Below, piece after piece: positions 53,432 through 64,000 of a DNA stretch of 64,000 nt. The stretch covers positions 43,142,293 through 43,206,292 of the forward strand of contig NC_068985.1 in assembly GCF_001194135.2 (NCBI RefSeq), written 5' to 3'. The position numbers were made by a program, and so were the translations under genes. Numbering within the stretch: the first letter of the stretch is position 1; every line of letters starts with the position of its first letter. Under the pieces are notes generated by a model. It made no database searches. It was not told the DNA's origin and saw only the letters and a list, made by a program, of their open reading frames with translations. The stretch is from Octopus bimaculoides. Taxonomy: Eukaryota.

Positions 53432-55643
53432 TTAATAAAAAAGGTTTCATTATTAGTAATCACTTGCTGGTTGAAAAGGTGCAAATGATTGAAATACTCC
53501 CTTACAACCACATCTTATTTCAATTTGCCACTACAGAGTATGATGCAGTCTTAAAACATTTATTTTGAACCTTTAGATAAGCTACTATTACTACAATTGC
53601 AACAAATAATCCTAACAAACAAAAAGAGCAGAAAAATGTCTGTTTCAATGATTATAACTTGTTCTAATGATAAACAATGACTGTCTTTCTGTTATATTTT
53701 GTCATTAATTTCAAGATTTGTTTTACTCACAAATTACTAACTTTTGACATTTCTTCTAAATACTCTTTAGTATATGTTGAATGTAGTATTGGATATTCTG
53801 TAAGTGTCATATACTAACAACTGAATTGTCAGAACATGTCTTACGCATGTGTGTTCACCACTACTTATGTAAAATGAATGAAATAACTTCTGTAGGAGTT
53901 GAATATTGACTCATTAAAATTACAGATTATAAAGGATTCAGCAAAATCTTCATAAAGGATTGAAAATTTGTACAATGGAATATATAAAAACATTTTGTCA
54001 TGCAAGCAAAATACATTTGCAGGCAATGAAAATAAGTTTTAGTGTGCATAGTACATTTATCTGAATCCTAAATAATTTGATGCACTTTATGTTCAGGAAA
54101 ATTAACTTTCCTATGCTATTGTTTGCATTAAACATATTTAAGACTGATTGTGCTTGGCTGTGAGCAATATGCTGTCCATGGGAGAAAAAAAAAGACTATT
54201 TGCAATGAAAAAAAATTACTTATATGATTATAATTAATGACATTGGTAGCCAGATGTTCAAATGGACATGCTTTTAACCATAAAAAGCATCATGTTTTAT
54301 GAAAATTTAGTGGATTGCTAAAAGCTAGCAAAGCCTAGTATTGACATACCAGTTAGCCATTTAATCAACATATATATTCGGAAAAGTCAATTCAAAGTGG
54401 AAATTCTTTTTTTGCTCTTAGAAAGGTAAAAAGACTGAACTGTGTAGAGATTCTGTTGGCTTAAGGTGTCTTGGTGTGGTCTCTTGTTGACTGTTCCACT
54501 TAAATGCAATGTTCTAATTAACTTATGACCTTGACTTAGTTACAATTTATGGTATTAAGCTAGTAAGCTATAAGTGGTTCTGACAATATACATGTCACAG
54601 ATAGTATACATACTGTCGTTCCTTGGTTGTTAATGAAATATGTCCTGATAGTATACTCATTGTCAATCCTTTGGTTGGTTGGTTGGTTTTTGTTTTTTCT
54701 TTCTGGTTCAAATGTTCCCCTTTATTTTTAGAGTAAGGATACTACGCATGAAAAATGATGTATTTCTAACTCTTTTCAGTATTTCTGAATATTTTTGCTT
54801 GAAGCCTTACACTGTCTCTTTTGTGTATATTTTCTTTTTCTTTTTTTTTTTCTTATACTTTTCACCTCTACTCATGTTCCTTCATTATTCTTACTGGTTT
54901 GCATACTTCATTACTTCTTTTCTTTTATATGTGGTGGATTATCTGTTGGTCTTGATGATTGATTCAGTTATTTGGCCTACTGATTCATACTTGTGAAATT
55001 AACATGTAAGCAGCTAAGTCTTTCATAGACCCTTGACACATTTCTCTCGGCCAAGTCAGTGGTGGTTGGAACTTTGAATTACAGATATAACCTAGAGAGA
55101 AAAACTGAATAGTTGAGATCCTAGTATTGGACTAGTGCTTTATCACCCCTAAAACGGTGAAAGGCAAAGTTGACTTTAACTCGGTGCACAAGAAAGAACT
55201 AAGTCAACAAAGTATTCTATCCAATGTGCTAGCATTTCTCCCAGTTTGCATTATATAGATATAATAAAATGGCTGTCAACTTGAGTAAAGACCAGTTCTT
55301 GGTTGTGAGGCATGAAATTACAAGTAGATTTGAGTGGTTGCATACTCTCAAGCAACTTATAGGTCCAGAATGACTTTTAAAACTTAGTTGCATATTGAGC
55401 ATGCAAGCTTGTCTTTGTATTTTCATGTGGCATTTTAGACTTCAAGATATTTTGCAGGCTTTATTGCTAGTCCTACATTAGAAAGACAAGCTCTCCCACA
55501 CGGTTTTATACACACACTCCATCACCACTTTTACCTTCTTTCTTATGTATGGTCTGGATAAGTTGTGTGTTTTATAATTGAGTGCTGTTTTTGGTGTCTA
55601 CCCTTTTAATCACTTCATACATACATACATGCACACGCGCACG

Positions 55644-55674
<31 letters not shown>

Positions 55675-58600
55675 TGGCCAATTGGCAATCATTAGAGCAT
55701 TGGCTAGACTGATTTGTTGTAATTGTCTCAGCTCCTACTCCGAGTTCAAATTCTGCTGAAATAAATTATTAACTTTGTCATTCATCCTTTTGGGTTTGAT
55801 AATTTGCGTCAGTTCTTACCTTTTCTCATTCTTTCTTTCAGTCAGTCAGTTTGTCTATCTTTCTACTGGAAGAAAGCTGTGATAAGATCTGGAGAGAGAT
55901 GGGCTCCACAAAGTCTAAAAATGCCCAAGACTTAATCTAATCATCTCGGAATGCCTGAAATAAGGCATGTGTGTACATATGCATGCATGGCACAAACATA
56001 TTCTCTCCTCACCTCTGCCTCTCTCTAGTGCAGTGTCTGTCAAAAATGTTTATTTCTATCTCCCTTAAGTAATTCTTAAATGTTTTTCCTCCATTTTCTT
56101 CCTGTTTCATTTTGTCTTTCAATTATTCTTGTTACCTCCGTTCATCTCATTATTTCAGTCATTTCATTATTTCTTCTATCTCTTCCTTCATTTTTTTGTT
56201 TTTGCAATCAAAACCTCTGCTCTTCATTGCCCAACAAAATTTATATATGCTTTTGTGTTATACATGACTCTGTCTTTCAGTTTCTATTATTCTCTCATTC
56301 TCTGTACCTATGTCATACCTCTAATTCCTCCTCCCTATTGTAGTGCTCTCTTTTCACCTCTTACTTCCTCTCTCTCTCTCTCCATCCTTTCCCATATTTC
56401 ACAGTCTGCTCTCATGACTTACTTTCTCTCTTATATAAGCTAGCTCTCTTTATAATACCTTTCTCTCTTTTCATCACTCTCAGCACTTCCACTGATTTCT
56501 CCTTCCAACATGACAGAAAGAGGAAATGTGACAAAATTTGACGTGTCATTTGGTGTATTTTATATATTTAGATGGTTTTGTTTCTGCTTATTTCTTTATT
56601 TGAGTAAAATAATTAGGTTTTTTTTTTTTTTTTTTTAATCTTATAAAGTTTAACACCAATAAGATTTGTTTAAATTTTGGTACTGATCTTAGAATTGAAT
56701 TCCTACCCTTTCAAATTGTTTGTATTATTTGTGAGTTGACAGAAAGGATTGGTTGAAGATGAAAATACTAAGGTGCTAGGTAATGGTTATACACAGAAAT
56801 GTGAAACAACTATTTGGTATTCAAGTGTTCTGTTGAAAACAGAACAAAATAGAGTAAATATTTGGAGCAACATTCATAATTCCAATTATGGTCATTAAGG
56901 CATGAACTTAAAGTAATAGTTTAGTTTAAAAAAATCTGAATTAGAAGAGATAGAATGGAAACAGTTCCTCCAGGAAAAGAATAAAAAATTTAGTGAATTT
57001 TTTAAGAGTTAATTTATAGTTAGCAAGTTTTTGACGAATTGCTATCTGAAAGAAAGCAATGGAAAAACATCTCGTTTTACATTCAGAAGTGTCAAAAATG
57101 AAATGAATTACATTGTCATCCTGTTTTGAGTAAAATGGATGATTAAAGTAGAATGTCTACTTAACATTAAACTGCTGTATCAAATGTTATATTCAAGTCT
57201 TACTTTAATTTTAGATTTCCAATCAGTTAGCTACTTCGATTTTCTATTTTGTCATTGTTTAAGCTTTATAGTTATCCTTATGAAGGTTACTTTTGTTATT
57301 AGTGCTTTTGTATTTTCTCTTTTTTTTAATAACATTATTCGATGGATCAGCTTAATTACATCTCATGCTTTTTGTCATAATTTATATTCTACTGTGTTTT
57401 ACAAATGAACATTTTCCTTACTAGAAGTGTAGTCTGAGAGTCTATTATTATGTTTGACATATGTTAGGTTGATTTTTAGAATATAATTTTTACAAGATCT
57501 TTTTGTAATGTATGAAGACATTTCTGTATTAAATGTCATCTAAATAATTTATAATAAACAAATCTAAAAACCTAAAACCTAAGATGCTGTATCAATTCTC
57601 GGCAAGGTTTCACATTTTGCATGAATGTAAACCTTCATAATATCTTGCAGTGGTGACTTGGTGCATAAAATTACTTTGTTTCTGCTTGTAAACTATATGC
57701 AGCTCAAACCATCACATTCTCAATAATTGCTAGCCTAAAATTCCCAATGGCAGTCCCTATGCTTTTTTCATGCATCATAGAGACTGAGTTACCTCTTTAT
57801 GACCTCCAAAGTATTTCAACAGTGAACAGCTGCTAGTTTAACTCCAAATATGATTTATCCTCACACACAGTCATATTAAAGTGAAAGCCATTTGGTTGCA
57901 AGTACTAGCCCTCCATTAAACTGTCTTTTTTGGAGATACTGCACTTTGCCTCTATCAACTTGCCAGCTGTTACTGTCTCAGTAACTGTATCAAACTTATT
58001 GTGCCCTACTGAATCTTAACCTAGTTGAAGTGTTACTTGAATTATCTCTAGCAATTCAAGTATTAATCTTGCTAATGATAATCTTGCTAATTCATTTTTC
58101 AAGTTGTAATATTATCATCCATTCTTTTCTATTCTCAAAAATATGCTGCTAGAGATTTTAAGTAACCTCCATAATTGTGTTAATTTCTTTGGAATATATG
58201 TTCAAAATTAAATATCTTAGTACCTAACAACTTAATTTTTCTTAGGAATTATCTAAATGATTTACATGATCATTAATGCTGTCTTCAGAATGAGTTTCTA
58301 AACCATAATTGTTTCAAATACCGTGTGTAATTATAACTGTTTCTACAATGTATAAAGTTGCAATTGTCAGTTTTATTGATGACTGGTAGTAAATTGGTTC
58401 ATAATTCTATGACAGTAAAAGTATTCTAAATGTATCATAATAGAGGGCTACTTAAACAACCACTTAATCTTTCTAAAGTTGAATATGATCACAAAAGATA
58501 TTTGTCCTTGATGATACATATCATTGTATTTAAATGTACAAACTAGTTCCAGAAAGTCAGAGAAATGAGATGAAAATAGATTTCACTGTTAGTAATTAAC

Positions 58601-59046
58601 TGACTCTACTTCACAACAATTCCATAGATTTCTTGTTACAGTAATTACCATTTTGTATACCACAATAACTTCATTAAAATATAAGTAATTTTGACTTTTA
58701 AAACTCTTGTGTTGGTTGTAATTTCAGCTGTATAGTTCCAAGTCATCTGTACTCAAACAAATTTATGACATATAAGAGTGATTCCCAGATCTGTTGTTCC
58801 AAATGTACCATAACCATTGGTTAACTGAGGACAATGCTACATGCTGTGACATGTAATGATGAATCATGTAGTGCACACAATAACAGTTTAGACATTGTAT
58901 TCTCTCTACTGTCTATAGATTCTGGTGATCACAGTGGACATGGACCCTGTGTTTGTGTGCTTGTGAGATTTCATTTTAAACATGAAGAAACTGCTAATTT
59001 TCTAATGTTAATTTCTGTCTTTCTCACTGTAATTTTATCTTTGTAG

Positions 59047-59136
59047 AAGAAACTCAACATCACGGTGATACTCCAATGAATATTGTAAATGGTGATATTC
59101 AAGATTCAGGCAATAGAGATGAGGAAATGGAAGAAG
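59047..59136 (+). CDS. USP7: USP7 exon (acidic N-terminal linker), 90 nt, phase 1-1
   Basis: ttttatctttgtag| (E)ETQHHGDTPMNIVNGDIQDSGNRDEEMEE G|GTGAGT. Parallels recalled human '[23 protein letters not shown]'. Confidence 0.88.
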
Positions 59137-59329
59137 GTGAGTTCATCAGATGTCTTGTTAAGAAATGCAGAAGATTGTGGATACTATATAAACTCTTATT
59201 ACTATTTCTCAATCAGAAAGTTAACATCATTTCCTCAATTTTGGGTCTTTCTGACTACATAAAAATTTCTGGTTTTTATATACTAAAAATTTGTTTAAAT
59301 TTCAGAAATTTAAAAAAAATTGTGGTGTA

Positions 59330-59547
59330 CAAGGGGGTGCTGAAAAGTTCCTGGCTTTGCATAAAAGAAAGTACAGAAATATGAGTCACTTATGATTTTA
59401 TTCAACATATCCCCTTCTCAGATTCACACACTTATTGCAGTGATCCTTCAGTTTTTCTAAGCACTGTAAAAGAACTTTGAAGGTTGGGCCTCCTACCAGG
59501 CCTTTTGTGATACCCTTAAAGCCAGGAACTTTTCAGCACCTCCCTTG
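59330..59547. mobile_element. Mariner-type MITE (218 bp) with ~30 bp TIRs and TA target duplication
   Basis: TA|CAAGGGGGTGCTGAAAAGTTCCTGGCTTT ... AAAGCCAGGAACTTTTCAGCACCTCCCTTG|TA. The arms differ by one indel. Confidence 0.92.
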
Positions 59548-60440
59548 TAACTACTATTGAGCATGCCATGTTCATATGTGAGTATATTCACTAAATTCAA
59601 AGGAGAGGAATTTTGACACCAGAGCTGATGGTATACATAGATTAAATTGTGAACACTTGGGTAAGAACAACTAAATGGGGAAAACCCAAAATGAATGTGG
59701 TTTTATTCATATCACACGAGTGTATGACTATCTAGTGTTTAACTAACAAATTGTGTATTCACATTAAAGAATTAACATTTAGCCTGTTAAACTTTACAAA
59801 GAAATGCTGTCATTAATTATTGGTATTAAAGGGGTTGTTTTTTTTAATTATAATTAAATAGTTGTATTTAAATGCATTGTCTCTTAACTGCTGATCTACA
59901 ATAATATAAACCATAAAAAATATAAAAAGTTCTGTAAAATGAAGAATAAATATACAATCTACTGTGACTAGAAATTTTCTTCTATGGACTAACTGCAAAA
60001 AACATTGTTTTAAAATTCATTGCATTTAACTGTCTCTGAACTAAATTTACCAATGATATATTTGATTACATCAATCTCATATTAATGAGATGAAGAAAAA
60101 GTTATGTTGAATCTATTTCCTTGAAATGTATTTAACACATCAATTTATTGTTGTAAACTTTGTTATCACTGCCTATTAAATGAAAATGCTGAAAAATTAA
60201 GGTTTTATTGGTTTGTTTTGCATAGATTGTTTTTTCATGCTATTTAGTGATAATAGTCAAGAACCCTTTAATACCAATAATTAATATACAAGAGTTCTTT
60301 CCCACTGCATGGACACTGTTGGCTAGTATTTTTTACTATAGATGCTAGCTGACCAATGCCTTGCAAATGAATTTGACAGATAGAAGTCGTAAGAAGCCCA
60401 TTATNNNNNNNNNNNNNNNNNNNNNNNNNNNNNNNNNNNN

Positions 60441-60483
<43 letters not shown>

Positions 60484-61083
60484 AAGAGTGTCATCATCTT
60501 GTCTTGACATTTGTGCACTGATTGAAAACTTTTACATTCTATCACAAAAACATGTCTGACCATGAAACTGCTTATTGTTCAAAGGGTGAGGGAAAATATG
60601 ACTTTGCTTGGAAAAAGGTAAGGGTTTAAATAGAAAATCTACCTCAAGTTTTGTCTCATCTATGCAAGCAAGGAATTGTAGATGTATCAATGATTTATGA
60701 TATGTAATTTTAAATATTGCTTAGCAAAAAATTAAAGGTATTATCACCAGTTTTAAATTATGAAACTCAGTATTCTAAATTGAAAATGCAAACGATCCTA
60801 CTTGACAATATGCCAATCTGTAATTTACATATTGTGGACTAAGTATAACTTATACTATAAGCAGCAACAGCACCGAAAAATTTGCTATACTGTGATAAAA
60901 ATTCTGCTGTAAATAGAAAGGGATACACACTATATAAAGAACTTGAATCGTGCTACATCTCTTTAATAGTTTTCATTGTAAGATTCTTATTTCTCTTTTC
61001 TTAAATGAATTATAATTTTACTATAATTTTTTAAATGTTAAAAAATGTTTTTTTTTTTTGTTTTTTTTTTTACTTAAATATGA

Positions 61084-61194
<111 letters not shown>

Positions 61195-61703
61195 TAAGCT
61201 TTTTTTAAATGTTAATTACTTTAATCAAGAGATTTCTAATTATCTTGAAATTTGATAGTAACAATCTCATTCACAGAAAAAAGTCTGACTGGACTACTTA
61301 AATCTATGTATATTAAATTACATAAGTAAATAAAAAAATTTCTTTATATAGAATTNNNNNNNNNNNNNNNNNNNNNNNNNNNNNNNNNNNNNNNNNNNNN
61401 NNNNNNNNNNNNNNNNNNNNNNNNNNNNNNNNNNNNNNNNNNNNNNNNNNNNNNNNNNNNNNNNNNNNNNNNNNNNNNNNNNNNNNNNNNNNNNNNNNNN
61501 NNNNNNNNNNNNNNNNNNNNNNNNNNNNNNNNNNNNNNNNNNNNNNNNNNNNNNNNNNNNNNNNNNNNNNNNNNNNNNNNNNNNNNNNNNNNNNNNNNNN
61601 NNNNNNNNNNNNNNNNNNNNNNNNNNNNNNNNNNNNNNNNNNNNNNNNNNNNNNNNNNNNNNNNNNNNNNNNNNNNNNNNNNNNNNNNNNNNNNNNNNNN
61701 NNN

Positions 61704-61740
<37 letters not shown>

Positions 61741-61911
61741 GGTTGTGATAAGCATTTTATAATTTTAATGGATCAATTAATCATTTATTGAAGTGTTTGT
61801 AGTTAATTTAAACATAAATTTCTGTTATTAATATATTATAAAAAAACCATATATTTACAAATATTAACTTGAGATTAGTTTATTTGTGTATGCCTAAATT
61901 ATTATGGATTA

Positions 61912-62937
61912 TCAGGTTGATGCAAAAACTAGTTTTTAAGTATCAGTATATCTCAAATTATTTTCATGAAAATAAGTTTTTTTTCATTCTCAGAATTTTA
62001 GGGTTCTAAGCTGGTGTTTTTGAACTGCTGCTTGGTTGTTGAAGGCCTGCAGGAAGTTAAGATGCTAGAAAAATGGTAATTGGTCAGAGAGAGGACTGGA
62101 GAGTAAGCTGGGTGAAGTAGTTTCATAGGCCAGTCTGTTCAATTTCATCAGAATCATTTGTCTGATATGGTTAGAGACTGCGATAAAGCAGAATTGTTCA
62201 TTTTCCATTGACTAATATTGGGCATAACCATTGCAGTCCCTGGTACATTTTGTGGATTTTTCTAGCAATATTTCTCTGCTGTAATGGCTTTATCTGGATT
62301 CAAAATGTAGCAAATGATTGCACTTGCTGATCATTGGTGATGATTACCTTCTTGCTTTGCTTCTTGGGTTTGACAAATGTCTTGATCTAACCACTGTGCA
62401 GAATAGCATTAGTTGTATTCAATCCATTTCTCATCATATATTGCAATGCAGTCACAAAATGGATTGGACTTTGTAATAATATATATTTGTTCAACTCATA
62501 GGTATCTATTTGTCATGGTATTTTGACATTCCAGTGTGGTGCAAATATCAAACTGTTGAATGGTCAATGTTTAGTTCCTCTGGAATTTTTTGATCTTTGG
62601 TGTGGCTTTGCTTTGGCCATTGGTTAATTGCAGAAAATCAGGTATGGCTTTCCTCATCTTCAAGGTTCTCCTCGCTTGCAGAAAACTTTTTATACCACTG
62701 TTGAACCACATTCATGGACAGTCCCCTGGCCAAATGCTTGGTTGATATCGCAAGCTGTTTCTGTTGCTTTTAAATCATAAAAATAAAATGGGTCCATCTT
62801 CAGTTTGACTTGACAAAATGAAAAAGAATAAACAGTGAAACCAAAATCATTAGTATAACTCAAATGTGCACTTCAAAATGATATAAGCATCAAGTTTTAA
62901 AGTAATGAAAACCACAATTATTTTTGTACCAACCTCA
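61912..62937 (-). mobile_element. Mariner relic with both TIRs, Hsmar1/cecropia-like ends, within a USP7 intron
   Basis: Ends TCAGGTTGATGCAAAAA and TTTTTGTACCAACCTCA resemble recalled Hsmar1 TIR TTAGGTTGGTGCAAAAG. Minus strand fragments: TACDINQAFGQGTV, IYDEKWIEYN, HPAYSPVLSLTNYHF. Heavily mutated. Confidence 0.75.
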
Positions 62938-63372
62938 CCTGCAATGTCTTCTTCCATTTTCCAAAGGGAAAAATGTAATAGTAGGATTTTTGCCTGTAAT
63001 TGTACTAATGAGTAATATTAAAATATTTTTTGAGCCTTCTAAATCATTCTTGCATTACTACTGGTATTAATATCAAATATTTTTCTTTGTTTATAGTTGA
63101 AGTAGTTTTGAACAGTCTCCTGTGGTTCTTTAGTTTAGCCGATAGCTACTATGTAATTCTGTATATCACACTCATTCTTAAAAACATTGGGGCATCACAA
63201 TAAGATTATAAGCTTCTGATTAACAAATAATGATAGCTGTGGAACTCTGTTAAAGCTCAGCAGCTGCAGTAGGTGATCAGAAGCAATTAATCAAAATGAG
63301 CAACTTGTCGAAAATTTGATTTGTGATTAATACTTTATATTTCCCTCTTACTAAAACTGTTTTCTCTTTTAG

Positions 63373-63437
63373 AAATACAGCATCTCTTCTATACCAAAGA
63401 GAATGATTGGGGTTTCAGTCATTTTATATCTTGGAAT
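63373..63437 (+). CDS. USP7: USP7 exon carrying the substrate-binding DWGF motif of the MATH domain
   Basis: tttctcttttag| [27 protein letters not shown] (phase 1-0). Recalled human '[22 protein letters not shown]'. Confidence 0.95.
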
Positions 63438-64000
63438 GTAAGTATTTTGAATCTTCACTAGATTAACAAATCTTCATTAATCTTAATTGTAAAGTTATAC
63501 ATCAAAATAAATGCCTAATTTATTATTTATACCACTTAATAATTAATTTCTCTTTTTGTTTAACTGTCTATCGTTAACGGGCCTTTTTTAACCCTCTCCA
63601 TAACTCTCTTCAGCCATTTTTTTATCACAAAAATCTCTGTATCTTATCACCAAAAACAGCCTAAAAGCTGTAAATATCTTTTCTATTTATTACCAAGTCT
63701 AAATATGTAATCCTCCACTCATAATATTGTGGTCTGTCATAGCATAATTGATTTATTGTAGCTATATTTGCAGCTAATTTAGGGAAATTGTAGATGTTAA
63801 TCAGAGCCACTTAATGGACATTTAATATCAACATAGTTAATTTTCATTTGGCACTTTTATTGGAAATTATCTAGACAGTTTTTGCTTAGGTTAATCTTGC
63901 TATGTTATTTAGTCTTAATCCTCTCTCTCTCTGTTATTGGGTGGTTTCTATGGAGATAAAACTTAAATTAGATACAGTGTTGAGATTGAAGTCTTGCTCC

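Noticed and set aside
59076-59384. 102-aa ORF as a standalone gene
   Set aside because: Read-through of USP7 exon 59047-59136 past its GTGAGT donor into intron and the MITE.

Overview
AT-rich, repeat-dense animal genomic DNA with six assembly gaps. The repeat families resemble those I associate with octopus/cephalopod genomes (inference, no search run). Two intron-containing genes diverge from a shared, transposon-poor, CpG-retaining region at ~33-36 kb. On the minus strand is a HAPSTR1/C16orf72 (TAPR1) homolog: coding exons 32600-32798 and 3516-3587, separated by a 29 kb intron, with the rest of the gene left of the window. On the plus strand is USP7/HAUSP: first coding exon 36019-36124, a candidate alternative first exon 34433-34460, then exons 59047-59136, 61091-61193 and 63373-63437; one MATH-domain segment is missing and probably lies in the gap at 61356-61703. 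As I recall, the same two genes are head-to-head neighbours on human 16p13.2 and USP7 is reported to regulate HAPSTR1 stability, so this may be an ancient linked deubiquitinase-substrate pair; this is the main finding. The introns hold decayed RTE, CR1/L2-like and HERO-like retrotransposons (one RTE has a PHD finger inserted in its reverse transcriptase), tRNA-derived SINEs, two mariner relics, and mariner, piggyBac-type and hAT MITEs. All homolog comparisons are from memory, not database searches. Most ORFs in the supplied track are noise.
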